From NCBI GenBank assembly GCA_001179505.1, contig CDMY01000850.1, forward strand, positions 182,719-246,718: 64,000 nucleotides of DNA. Reading direction: 5' to 3'. The notes under the pieces were generated by a model. That model had not been told where the DNA came from, ran no database searches, and saw only the letters and a program-made list of their open reading frames with translations. Source of the stretch: Vitrella brassicaformis CCMP3155 (lineage: Eukaryota > Protista > Chromerida). The translations under genes were made by a program, and so were the position numbers. Of the stretch, positions 13,099 through 25,595 are shown one piece after another (within the stretch, counting starts at the first letter, position 1; the number at the start of each line of letters is the position of its first letter).

Positions 13099-14450
13099 AT
13101 GCTGACGACCAGTGCCAACGAGACAACGAGAGGGAGCGTGCGGTGTCGCTGCAGTACCTGCCTTGCCCTCGCGGCAACACAGCTGTTTGCGGGTTAGCAG
13201 CACACTCACTCAACAACCTTTCCCTGCCTGCTGATGTCTGTGTTGCTTGTGTGCAGCTGCGCAGGACAGTGAACCCAAAGTCCTCGAGCCCAAGGAGCAG
13301 GTATTCCTTGTGGGGTCCATCAACGGCGAGAAGCACCTGCACAATGCGGCTCTCATCAGCGTCGACCCCTTCCCCCTCCATCCCCCCGAGCCGCCCCGCA
13401 CAGTCACAATCCTCTTCATTCCCGACCCCGAGCACACCAAAGAGGTCGAGGACATCCAAAGCGTCCAGTTCACCGTCAGGGATGAGAAAGGAAGAGCAAT
13501 CTTCAATCGGACCACGTCCAGTCCACCCTTCTCTCTCTTCGCCCACGAGAAGGGGACATTTCAGGGTGCCTCGCTCGGCACCAAGACTCCCAGCATGCGG
13601 CTGAGGCGGCAACGACATCTTTGACCTGGCCATCGCCAACAAGCAACAGGCGCGCTTCCACACGCTCCTGTGGCACAGCGACCCCTTCTACGGCACCGAC
13701 GAGGACCGGCCGCCATGAAGGCCGTCGACAAGAGAGCCCAGCTGATCGGCCAACATATGGGACGTTGTCAACGAGGGTATGGCATATACGCACAAGGGAG
13801 CCAGGCAGACTTAGGTGTCTTGATGTCTGCTTGTCTGTGTCATGTGATATGTGTGTGTGCAGATTGATGACGCGCAGGACGAAGCCGAGGGCAAGAACGG
13901 CGGCTACAAGCTACGTGACAGCATGTGGCACCCCGACCTCCCCGAGTATATCGACCTCGCCTTCGTTAATGCCCACAAGGCCGGCCAGGCCGCCGACGCC
14001 AAGCACAACTCCACCACAATGCCGGCCATGAAGCTTTTCTAGAACGACTACTCGTGCGGCATGAAGACACGCGGCATGAAGACACGCGGGGTGCCTGTCG
14101 CAGGGGTCAGTCTTCAGTCGCATGTCAACGGCGAGTACAGCTACTATGAGGGCGTGCGGAAGAACACGCGGCGTCTGGGCGAGCTGGGGCTGGAGGTGAC
14201 ACGCGGCTGGCTATCGTGGTGCTAATAGGGGTGACACTGGACGAAGCATCTGCCCCAGCCGGCTTTCGGATGGGACGAAGGGAGTGACGTCGTATCAGAC
14301 CTGATTAATGCCAGGATGTGAGCGATGTCATCGTATTTGGCTCACAGCCGCTCGAATTCAGACGTCATCTATGGCAAACGAGCTAGAGAGCACCGCTGCC
14401 GCTGACAATTCCACCATCCCGCACCGTGGGGCGTTGCCGATACGCGAATA
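13099..14450 (+). pseudogene. Glycoside hydrolase family 10 (endo-xylanase-like) pseudogene with N-terminal accessory domain
   Basis: GH10 motifs ARFHTLLWHS, WDVVNE (13758-13775), EYIDLAF...KLF*NDY (TAG 14040-14042), RGVPVAGVSLQSH, LGELGLEV and WGVAD lie in different frames; 15-bp tandem duplication at 14056-14085. Confidence 0.75.
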
Positions 14451-15422
14451 TGACATGACGGCCGCGCTGGAGTAACGTGTACAGGTGCGTCACTTCCGGC
14501 GAAGAGGTCTCGCCCACCTACTGCATGTCGTATTTTCGTGTGTTCTGCTCTCTTTCAGGCAGTGCACCCTTTTGCTGTTCTCTGTCGCCCTCCTTCCTCA
14601 CGGCAAAAAGTGGCGCCCCCGCCCTTCATAACGGTGCCCACAGCTTGTCCTGATAACATGCCATGACCACCATCAGCCACCGCAACATACGCAGAGACAC
14701 CAAACATTCGCACTGCTGCTGATGTCGGCCGCCCTTTGCGAATCGGCGACAGAAAGGGGAAAGGCGACAGGAGAGCGAGGCCACTGTGTCTCTTGACGCC
14801 CCAGCCGCAGCCCAGTGTGAAAGAGATGTCGACCGCCGCCTTTGTGGCGGAGCGCGAGCAGTGCTGACGCTGCGGCCGTGCGATAGGGCCGCTGAAGGAC
14901 AACAAGCCCGGAGACAGTACATAAGGGTTCATGTTACGAGAGAGTTGTCGGTCGTTGTTGGTCGATGGATGGATGCCTTTCTTCTGTCGTGACAAGTGCT
15001 ATCAATGCGTCGTCTTTTCTGCTCCAAGTGCATTGAAATGCGACGATCGATGCAGACACGCGTGAAGGATGGACATGTCCTTTGCTCTTTGTCGGCGGGT
15101 GCGTGCCTTTGGCGCAGATGCGTACAGACATGGATGCCCATGACGAATGGCGAGCTGCATATGGATGGATGTTCAGTGGCAAACATGGTGCAGATTGGGC
15201 CAACAATTGTCAAAGCATTCAATGAGATGTCCTCACTACCTTAGTCCACAAGCAATCAGCGAGCCGGCCCTCAGCGCGCTGTTGCCGTCTCGTCCCTGCT
15301 TGAGTTACTTCAGTTGAGCCGAAAGTCATCCAAGGGATGCTCTGTCCGCATGTTGTCTGACAGGAGTCGCGCAATAATGAACAACGCCGTCTGACTACCG
15401 CGTGGGGTCTGGTTGGCATTTA

Positions 15423-17772
15423 TTAATTGAGTGCGTACGTACCGACAAGTTGTATGAACATAAGGCCGGACACGGTCGAGAGCGAGAATGCCATCGAGAA
15501 TCGGATGTTGGGATGCGGCAACACTGCATACACATACAGAAGAACACATCCAAGGAGACACACGATCCAGCAGCTTCCTCCTCACCTCTTTCTGCAGCAG
15601 CCCGAACGTTAAACTCCTGCAAGAAAACCGGCAGGCCGGCGTGTCGGATCAGAAATACAATTCACAGTCGTAGCGAGCTTACTGGATGGTTGATGATTCC
15701 AGGCACACCGGCGGTGATGAGGCCCTCAAGGAGAAGCTCAAAGACGCTCGCGAGCACAATCTGGTCGTACTGGCTCTCACTCAAGTTGGCCACAAAGTTG
15801 TCGCTCTGCAGCCGCAGCCCGATCGTCATGATGAGGATGCCTACGATGCTGAGAATGTCCACTAGCTGCTGGACCAGGAACTTTTTGGCCAAGTATTCGG
15901 CAGTGGAGCCAAACTCAAAGTGCTCCTCCAACTTGACGATCGACTTGGCGAGAAACGTGTGGATGAAAGACTTGTGTTGCTGCACAGCCGGAGCCTCCTT
16001 TTCTGCCTTGTCGGAAGGCTTCTCCTCGTCTTCTTCAGAAGGTGTCCCATCGTCCTTCTCGAATTTCACCGCTGCACCGTGGAGCGCCATAAGCGATAAG
16101 TGCCTGGTGTGACCTTTCGGGCTCTCCTCATCCACAGCAGCTGCATCGAAGAACACAGATACCTCTCGCAGGCTCTTGTGTAGCCGCACTTTTCCCAGGG
16201 GCTCGGTGTCTCCCCCGTGTATGGAATCATCAGAAGATAGGGCTGTCGCGGACTGCTGCTTGTGCTTGTCGACGACTGGCGAGGAGCCACGGGAGGCTGA
16301 GGTAGTCTCGGTCACGAGCGGGGGATCGTTATAGTCCCCGTGTGGTCGCGAGGTGTAGACGAGGGAGCTCCGTGATGGGCCGCTGACCGTGTCTCGTCCC
16401 TCCCGCTGGGCCCTATGGGCCACAGGGGAAAGGGGTGGAGGGGCACTGGAATGCTGCAGCGCTTGCTCGTTAATCTTCGGATTGACAGCAATCGAAGGCC
16501 TCCTCGCTTCCACGGCAATATCATCTTTTGTCGGCTCCATCACGTCCATTGTGTGGCTATCGCTGGGCCGCTTTGCGCTGGCCACATCGTCGAAATCCTC
16601 CACTTGTTTCTCTTTCTCCTCGCGAATCTTCTTTTCAGCTCTTATCTCCCTGTGGACGGTCCTCAGCTGGTTTTTGACGGCCTTGATGCCGAGAAACGAC
16701 GAAAAGCGGCGCATCACCTCAATCAGAGAGTGCAGAAGAATCGGGTAGACGATCAGCTTGTAGAAGATCTTGACGATCCAAATCTGAAGGACGGTGATCC
16801 ACCCGTCGATCTCAAAATAGATGAAGCGGTAGGGAAGGCCCGCGTATATGACCGACTGGAACTCCACAACCGCCCCCAGCAGGCTGTTGGCACCTCCAAA
16901 CGGGACGAGAAACCCATCAAATAATTTCTTGAACGGGAGAATACCGACGGGATAAAGGGCACACAAGCCCACCTGATGAGAAAATCAGCTGCAAATGAGG
17001 GGGTCCAATGAGCTGATGAGAAAATACCGACTTGATAGAGGGGGTCGTCTCTCGACAAAGCCAGCACATAGGCGAAGACCAATGAGAATGTCAGCTGCAA
17101 ATACGGCCCAGCACAAAGCCCAGCCAGCCGGACACCGGTCAGGAACTGAGGGCACTGGTAGATGAGCATAGCCGTGACGAGCACGGTGGACATGGTCATG
17201 GCCGCCAATGTCACAGCGAACCATCGAGGAGGCATGGAGAAGTCGATGGAAGGGATGAAGACAACCTCCCGAAGTGACAGCATCTCTTGCCAGAACAAGA
17301 GAGCCGCAGGGAAGAGCACCATGCCGAATAATGCCAGGAAGATGCCCCGTTTCTTGCCGACGCCGTAGACCAGCCCAATTGTCGACCATAGAGAGACAGC
17401 GCCAGAGATGCCCAGCAGCGGGCACTTGCCCACCCACAGCATCAGATCATACTCGCGCGGGAGGTAGAGGAAGACGATGCCTTGGACAATCGCCGGCACG
17501 ACAAACAGCCCCACAAGATACACAAATCTCCGGTATTTTGCCCCTTCGATGGGAGCGTCCGACCGAAAGGAGCTGATGTCTGTTGCACTTGGTCGGTGGT
17601 CTTCGACTGCTTTCTCGGTGGAGGTGACGGCTCTCCTCGCGCTGTCATTGTCGCCGCCATTGTCGCTTGGGGCCGTCCCGTGCCGGCCTTGCCACTCATC
17701 GTTCAATCTGGAAAGCAGTTTCTTGAAGTCACTCTCATTCAGTCTGCTGGCGTCCCTCACGAAAGCCTCCAT
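15423..17772 (-). CDS. Multi-pass membrane protein of unknown function
   Basis: ORFs 16753-17772 and 15662-16972 joined by an intron, plus two small 3' exons ending TAA at 15423-15425; many hydrophobic helices around a large polar loop. Confidence 0.7.
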
Positions 17773-18047
17773 TTCGCCTCCCTCTCCTCCGATCGCGCGA
17801 GCTTAGCTTGCGTGAGATTCGCCTTCCCGGGCGTCAAGCGGCCATACACGCTGCACATGGGTACGCGTCCGACACAGAAAACGGTACATGAGGCTGTGCT
17901 TTTGCATCTCAGAAATCACAGGAGGCCAGCTCGTGTTACTGCATGAATTTCTCCCTTTGCTTGTGTGTTTGTTCGTGTGTCAGGCTGTCGCTGAGTAGTC
18001 CGCCCCCCGTCCCATCGCTACCACACCTCAACAATCACTCATCACTC

Positions 18048-21000
18048 ATGACTCATCCGCAATCACCGCCTTTGCTGACGGCGGAGAAGTCGCCCTCGCG
18101 GCCGCCCCTGACCCGCACACATGGCCATGGCACCAAGCACAAGGAGGGCAAACAGGACATCAGCAATTCTCACGCACAGGAGACGGGCTGGAAGGAATAT
18201 CTATGCGGCATATTCCCAAACAAGGCCAAGGTGAGAGAGAGAGGGTCTGACGGCTGGCTGATTGATTGGCGGTCGGGCCGTGTGCTGTGCTGTGCTGTGC
18301 TGTGCTGTGCTGTGCTGTGCTGTGCTGTGCTGTGTTGTGTGTGCAGCTGTGGAGTCGCAAGACAGTTGAGCATCCTGTGAACAGCTCGATCATGACGCTG
18401 CTGACCATCTTCGCCCTGTTTGGGGACGACATCAAGCTCTGCACTACCGATGTGGTATACACATACAAACACACACACATGCATCGCATCGCTGCATGGA
18501 TGCGATGCACACACGGCGTCGTTTTCGTTTCGTCTTCTCATATATCCGCAGAAAGCCGATCAGTATTTCAACTACGTGACCATATTTCTGATTTTCATGT
18601 TCACAGCTGAAATCGTCCTCACATCCATCGGAAAGGTCAGTCAGCATGTCGGCTCTTGAACACACTACACCCCTCACACACACGGATGTCCGTCTGTCTG
18701 TCTGTCGCAGGACGATTACTTTTTGGGTTTCTTCTTTTGGCTGGACGTGATAGCGACGCTGTCGCTGCTGACGGACATCACGTACGTGTGGGACGCCATC
18801 CAGTCGCTGTCAGGCGGACAGGCCGGCGACTCTAAGCTGGCCAGGTCAGCACAGCACACAACCATCCATCACTCACGGAGAGCACAGCGGGCGATAAGAT
18901 AACGGCCCTGTCGGTCGCATTTGGGCATTCGTGGCTGTGTGTGTCTAGGGCGGGGCGAGCCGGTCGTGTGGGGTCACGCGCAGGTCGAGTCATCCGTATC
19001 ATCCGAATCGTCCGGCTCATCCGTATTGTCAAAGTGAGCAGCACCTGCGGACTGTGTGCATTATTGATGTGTATCTAAGTGCCCCTCTCCCCGCCCGCTT
19101 CGTTCAGCTGTACAAGCATGCAGTGGAGACCTCCCACATCGAACGGCAGCACTCCCTGGTGGGCGTCGGGCCTGGCGAGACCCTCTACGTGCAGGACCCC
19201 GAAGTCGACAAACACACCGACGTCGAAAAGGGAGGTAACTGAGCAGCGCTGACTGACACTGCACATTGGCCACAAGACAGGCATCGCACCCTACCCTCAT
19301 GTGTGGAATGATGGATCGAATGTATGTATGTATGTATGCTTATGTCAGGTCTGCTGTCGGATGAGGGCGACGGTTTGGAGCTGGAGCCCCAGTCCCGTGT
19401 GGGCAAGAAGCTGTCGGAGCTGACGACGCGGCGTGTCATCATCCTGGTGCTGGTCATGATTCTGGCACTGCAAATGTTCAACACCGAGCAGTGGACCACC
19501 ACATCCAACTCGGGCGAATATGGACTATACACCCTCACCGAGTGAGCGAAGCAGAGCAGGGGGACAGACAGCACACAGGGCGAGAGGCGGGCGCATGGTC
19601 TGTTGTGCTGTGTGTTGTGTTGTGTGTTGTAGGTACTCTCGGAGCGCAGAACTGGATGCAACTTTCAATGCGACCCACCAGGAGGCCTACGACCGATCCG
19701 TCATCGCATATGTCGAATACCACAAAAAGGTAATAAGGTGAGAGAGGCACCAACAGGTGCAGTGAGTGCACAGCAGGGGGGTCGCACCGACCAGTTTGTG
19801 CGCGTCTGTGCGCCGCACCGCATGCAGAATGGTCTGTTTGGCTTGGCTGATTACCTGTTCTTCGTTGAGGTGGGTGGAGTGCGATGAGTGAGTGGACGTA
19901 CCCACGGAAATGACATAGACACGCCAGCTCACGTCATGTGTGCCATGTGGGTGCATGTGTGTCAGCTGCCCAGGGAGGTGATATACAATGAGCTGGGAGG
20001 ATTGGAAGCCCCGAGCGAAATACTGGGACCCGATGCAGTGAAAGACGGTGCGCAAAGCCACACACACACACACACATGCAGTTATCTGTTCTCCTCTCCC
20101 ACACTGCCCCATCCATCCATCCATCCATCAGGTGTGTCGATCGTGGACGACCTCGACAAGCCCGAGGATCTGCGGTCGCAGGAGCAGGACTTGTACACGG
20201 CCAGTGCGTGCTACACCGACATGCAGTCCCCATCGCTGGGAATGCCGGCCGTCCCTGTGGAGGTCTGTCTGTCCAGCACCGCCGTCTTCGACAAGAGAGC
20301 ACAGTCGCAGCTCTCGGCGGCTCTCAACATGGGCAGAACCATGTTCATTTGCCTGGTGGGGAGGGAGTGGGGGTGGGACATACAAGGGGCAATGACGACA
20401 CGCACGAACAGCTGCATGTGTGTGTGCTGTGCCGTGCCGTGGCTAGGTCTTGGCATTGAGTGCGATGTTCTTCAGCAAGGATGCCAACGAGCTGGTGCTC
20501 AACCCCATCGAGCGCATGATCGGCAAGATGGAGAAGATCCGGGAGAACCCTCTGGTGGCCGCTAAGATGGGCGAAGAGGACTTCAGAGAAGAGGTCAGGC
20601 AGAGGCAGGGCAGGGCAGGGCAGGCGGGAAATGAAGAATGGCGCGCGTCCATGCCTACGTGTGTGTGGTCACGCCATACAGGAGGAGGACGACGCTCAGG
20701 CGAAAGGCCGCCGTGGCTTCCTGAGTCTCCGCGGTGTGCCCAAGAAGGCGGCATCTGACCCGTACGAGACGGTCATTCTCGAGAAAACCATCATCAAAAT
20801 CGGAGGTGAGACCACACACGCGGACAGAGAGGGAGATCTTCACCGCAGTACGTCTGTGTGTGTGTGTCTGTGTGCGCACCAGGTTTGTTGGCCCTTGGCT
20901 TCGGCGAGGCGGGTGCTGAGATTATTGCCAACAACATGAAGCACTCTGACGGAGGACTCAACGCCATGGTCGACGGACGAAAGGTACTCTCACCATCGCC

Positions 21001-22326
21001 AGACTCACTCACACACTCATGAGAGCGTGCTCCTTGGTTCCTCGTGTGTGTGGCCAGATCAACGCCATTTTCGGATTCTGCGACATCCGACAGTTCACCG
21101 ACGCCACAGAGATCCTGCGCGAGAAGGTCATGGTGTTCGTCAACCAGATCGCAGAGATCGTCCACGGCATCGTCGACCAGTTCGCTGGCGCCGCCAACAA
21201 GAACATCGGCGACGCATTCCTGCTTGTGTGGAAGTTCCCTGAGAGGGACGTCGGCAGGGGGGAGAAGGAACAGGTGGACGACCCCAATGTCATCTCAAAG
21301 GTGGGGTGGTCTCCAGATGAGTACATGACATGGGTGTGTTCGGATCGGGGGGGAGGGGGAGGGAGGGAGATGGATCCCTTCATGTGTGCGGTGCTTCTGA
21401 TGGTCAGATGGCCGACATGTCAGTCATGGCCTTCCTGAAGATCATCGCGGCGATCAGCAAGTCGTCGGTGCTCGCCGAGGTGCGATTGTCAGAGAGAGGG
21501 AGGGAGGGAGGCAATCGCAGCACAATTGTTCATCCCCCCCTCGGCCCTTTTCCCCTCATCTGTGTGTGTGTGATGTGTGTGTCATTCATGTCAGTACCGT
21601 GACAACAAGGAGTTGTCTGAGCGCATCCCCAACTACCGCGTCAAGATGGGCTTTGGGCTGCATGTCGGATGGGCCATCGAGGGCGCCATCGGCTCCGAGT
21701 TCAAGGTGGATGCGTCGTACCTCTCACCCAATGTCAACATGGCATCACGGTAACAGAAAGCAACCACCACACACACACACACACACACAAGCGCGTCTCT
21801 CATTCTCCATTCCTTCCTCTCCTGCAGTCTGGAAGCGGCGACAAAGCAGTACGGTGTGCCCTTGTTGATCAGCGGTGCTCTGCATGACATCCTCACCCCG
21901 CAGACCCAGACCTACTGCCGGCAGATCGACCGCGTCACGGTCAAGGGCAGCAAGATTCCCCTCAAGCTCTACACGGTGGACGTCAGCACATCCAGGCTCA
22001 AATTGGACCACACTGCCGCCGGTCAGCCTCGGAGCAAGGGCAAGGTGAGGCGGTTGCGGGAGGCGCAGAAGGCCAAAATGTGGTCACACAGGTGAGAGCG
22101 GGAGGGACCAGAGAGGCCAGCCAGACGAGCAGGGCTCATTTCACGTGTCCTCCCTTTTGAGTAGGTTTTCCGTGTACACGATGTTTGAGAATGACCCCGA
22201 CCTCATTGCAATGAGGGAACACCTATCAGAGGTCAGCCGGCACCATACACACACACACACACACACATACATACACACACACACACACACCATGAACAAA
22301 CAGCCCACCCATGCCTCTCTGTCTCT

Positions 22327-22362
<36 letters not shown>

Positions 22363-22661
22363 TCGACACAGCAATTCTTGAACACCTTTCGGCGCGGCTA
22401 CATCAACTACGAGGCGGGCGAATGGAGAGTCGCAAGAGACCTCTTCACACGAACACAGGTACGACACCAGCCAGCCAACCACACACACGAACGTATTCTC
22501 GATAGGTCGATTCTCTGACATCCATCCATTTATCCATTTATCTTCAGTTTATGCTTGGCACGGAGGACGGTCCGTCGGCGACATTGCTGCATTACATGGC
22601 TGAGCACCGCTTCCAAGCGCCCGACCACTGGGAGGGATACAGAGAGCTCACTGAGAAGTGA
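18048..22661 (+). CDS. ACalpha: Ion-channel/adenylyl cyclase fusion (alveolate AC-alpha type)
   Basis: TM exons (TIFALFGDDIK, FFFWLDVIAT), S4-like RAGRVIRIIRIVRLIRIVK, class III cyclase motifs FGFCDIRQFT, NKNIGDAFLLVW, GFGLHVGWAIEGAIGS, SPNVNMASRLEAATKQY; TGA 22659-22661; start codon uncertain. Confidence 0.92.
18281..18330. repeat. (TGTGC)10 intronic microsatellite; example of the pervasive intronic simple repeats
   Basis: Direct reading; similar (TG)n, (GATG)n and (CTGT)n tracts occur in most introns. Confidence 0.95.
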
Positions 22662-23366
22662 TCCATCCATCCATCCGTCTACAGGGCCGACAGACACATC
22701 AATCAATCGATGTGTGTACAGTGAGTGGCTTGGCTTGGCGGGGTGGGGCGGGGTTGGGGTTTGGGTCATGTCATGCATGTCTGTGGGATGGATGGATGCG
22801 TGGATCAGTCAGTGGCTGGGCAAAGGCTCACCATTGGCGAATCGATCTCCTGGCCATGCCATGCTATCCATGGCTTGGTTCATGTCTGTCTGTCTGTCTG
22901 CACACACATGTACATATGTCTACATGAGTCTGTGCTGTCTGTCATTGATTGCATGTGTGGCATGCGTGGGCCCCATTTGCTTCCTTGCTGAGTCGATTAA
23001 TCGTTGCTGCTGGCTGGGCTGGTTGGTGCCCTGCTCCGTAAGACATGCCGTGTTGCGAGCAGGGACCACTCCATCCCATCCACGTCCTTCCTTGTCTGTG
23101 GTTGGCTAATGTAGTGCCTCACCTCACCTACAGGTTTGTCGGTCTGCTTTGCGTGTGGCTGCTCTTGAATCGTTCAATTCATTCATCAATCACTGGTTGG
23201 TACATAGCCGTGAGCGCGTGCGCGTGCATGTGTGTGCAGTGGGTGTGGGTGTAGGTGTGGGTGTATGAGTGACTGGGTGAGTCGGAGAAAGGCGCATGTA
23301 TAGTGTCCGTGTGTGTGTGTGGTGCATGGCATGGAGGCCAGGCAGGTCGACGCCTGGCTCGAGTTC

Positions 23367-23439
23367 TGTTTCCCACACGCACAATGTTCCATCGCCATCC
23401 CATCCAACATCCGATGGAACATTGTGCGTGTGGGAAACA
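23367..23439. repeat. Perfect inverted repeat (28-bp arms, 17-nt loop)
   Basis: TGTTTCCCACACGCACAATGTTCCATCG (23367-23394) is the exact reverse complement of 23412-23439. Confidence 0.95.
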
Positions 23440-23872
23440 CTGCCTGCAAATCAAGTTCATTCACCTGAGTTCAGGCATCGCCAACCGACCATAGCTATAC
23501 GGCACTCGCACCACGTGCGCCTGCAGCACATCTCTTAGGTGCACATCTCTGTACAACCGGGTTGGTCCACATACATGTCCAGTGCAGTGCACGGATGTGG
23601 ACCAGCTCGGTTGTACAGGTGTGGCTCAAGAAGAGAAGCAAGCACGGCGCCCGCACAGATACACATCGCTCGCTCCAGCAACCTGTCTCGCCTGCCTCAG
23701 CCAACGCATAAACACACGACACACACAGTGCAAAGGGTGGCTGCGCTCATCACAACAAAAAGGAGCCATCACTTAGAGAGGCTCACACAATCCAGCCCAT
23801 CCATCCATCATACACAATCTCGCTATCGACACACACTACAGAGAGAAAGCCGCCGCCCTCCCCTCAGCACCA

Positions 23873-24376
23873 TCAGAAGTCAGTGCACCTGCCCTTGTGC
23901 GACCAGTCGCCATGAGTGGTGGGCTCCTGTCCCTTGTAGCGGAACCCATACTCGCCCATCTCGCTGCCCTCCTCCTCACCCTCACCCTCACTCCCCTCCT
24001 TGAACCGCTCCTCCGTCTTGGCCTCGGCAGGGAACACCACCGACCTACTCGCCTCCTCTCCGTCAGCACCTTCAGCCGCCTCTGCACCTGCCCCTGCCGC
24101 ATCGGCCTTAAGTTTGTCTTCATCCTTCTCGCGCATGTCCTCGTTGGGCGTTGCGTGGCTGGCGGGGTCGACTGAGGGGGACGGCATGCTGTCGCCTGGG
24201 GCAGAGTCAGCCGGCGGCCCTGGGTCTGCGCCTCCGAGAGATGCGAAACGCCGGTAGACAGCAGTGACAGGAGGGAGGAGGGATGCGCCGCGCTGCACGA
24301 GGGGAGTTGATGACCGCACCGCAGCCATGGCGAACGGTCCGGCTGCCCTGGCTATCGTGTGGAGATGAAGGGCCAT
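23873..24376 (-). CDS. SDHAF4: Succinate dehydrogenase assembly factor 4 (Sdh8/DUF1674), mitochondrial
   Basis: C-terminal GQEPTTHGDWSHKGRCTDF matches the family signature; Arg/Ala-rich presequence-like N-terminus; intronless. Confidence 0.9.
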   Translation of the reverse strand: MALHLHTIARAAGPFAMAAVRSSTPLVQRGASLLPPVTAVYRRFASLGGADPGPPADSAPGDSMPSPSVDPASHATPNEDMREKDEDKLKADAAGAGAEAAEGADGEEASRSVVFPAEAKTEERFKEGSEGEGEEEGSEMGEYGFRYKGQEPTTHGDWSHKGRCTDF

Positions 24377-24720
24377 TTCCACTTTTTCCTCGCACCTCGC
24401 AGATTGTTTCACAGGCCCTAAACCCTAACCGACACCAACCGACAGATGCTCTTACAAATACACGTTGTACAAGCCACTGCAGCTGATCTGTCCATCTATC
24501 GCTTCTTGACGCACATGGTTCCGCCAGACAATACGGTCAGCACACCACAGGAACATGCCCAAAGGCCACGGCGCCATTGAGCATCTGCCTGTGCGTGCTG
24601 GCCTTCATCTGGAGGGAACCATGGCAGATAGGCTGTCAGGGAGCATCACGTCATCACGTAGCCCGTAGATTACACGCAAAAACATATACACGGAGCATCG
24701 CCTGCATCGTGCGATCGATG

Positions 24721-25383
24721 TCAGTCTTCGTCTTCGCCCTTCCTGTCGATAGCACCCGCACGCATCGCATCGATGTGAGCTGCAAGAACACATGCGCACT
24801 CACGCACGACTGTATCCGCCGTAAGAGCAGACAGACGAGTGTCTGTCTGCATTTGCTGGCTGACTGACCCTTGTATTGTTCCTCGTCGATAAGCAGCCGC
24901 AGCTCACGAAGCGTGTAGCGCTCGGCAGCAAACCTGAGGGAGGAATCATAGACATGGCCAAGCAGGAGCGCGTAAGAGATCTCACACGTGTGTGTATGTG
25001 ATGTGACACATACGAGAATTTCTTGCCGGTGACCATCTCGATGTCTATCTTTGCAGGAGCGTTGTAGCTGCACACACACACACAGTCAGTCAGTCAGTCA
25101 GACAGACCTGAGCCCATCGCCTCCCCGTGTGCATCTCATCTCATCTCTGCCCTCCCTCCTCCCTTCCTGCAAGAGATCCTGTCTGCCTGGCTGGCTCACT
25201 GCCTGACCCGAGCAGCTCATAGCTGGTCTCCAGTTTGGGGTAGGTTTTCCTGGTGTCTGGGTGCGTCATGCGGTGGACCAGCCACCTGCAGCTGTCGGTG
25301 TTGGGCTGCCCGGGGCGGTAGGCCACATGCACCCTCTTGATGTACGCCAGGAAGTCCAGACGAGGAAAGAGGTTATACTTCAT
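24721..25383 (-). CDS. Small basic protein, probable mitochondrial ribosomal protein mL53-like (L51/S25/CI-B8 fold), 4 exons
   Basis: Spliced MKYNLFPRLDFLAYIKRVHVAYRPGQPNTDSCRWLVHRMTHPDTRKTYPKLETSYELLGYNAPAKIDIEMVTGKKFSFAAERYTLRELRLLIDEEQYK...; family call from recalled pattern only. Confidence 0.55.
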
Positions 25384-25476
25384 TTCTTACTGCGGCGATC
25401 AGCCTGGCGGCCTCCTCAGCACCTCTGGCCGCCTCATTTGCTGTCAGAATGGCTCCTTTTCCCCTTCGGAGCTATC

Positions 25477-25494
25477 TGCGAGCTATAGCTCGCA
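25477..25494. promoter_or_regulatory. Palindrome TGCGAGCTATAGCTCGCA (inverted pair of the TGCGAGCT motif) between divergent mL53-like and IMP2
   Basis: Perfect 18-bp palindrome about 95-100 bp from both start codons. Confidence 0.55.
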
Positions 25495-25595
25495 ACGCAG
25501 ATAGCTTTTTCGGCATCTACGGTCCTATCAAGGCAGCATTATAGGTCGTTGGTGCACTGCTGTGAACGTTCTGGAGAGATCGGCAGCGATATTCG

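Noticed and set aside
14040-14042. In-frame TAG in the GH10 region as readthrough or alternative genetic code
   Set aside because: The same locus has independent frameshifts, and TAG terminates intact genes elsewhere (BTA1, HAD)
15402-16112. Long antisense ORFs (also 32100-32882, 37268-38002, 47217-48371)
   Set aside because: Shadows of GC-rich coding strands; no motifs or independent splice logic
24721-25383. Assignment as complex I subunit B8/NDUFA2
   Set aside because: Same fold family, but chromerids lack complex I and the pattern fits a mitoribosomal member better; left as mL53-like
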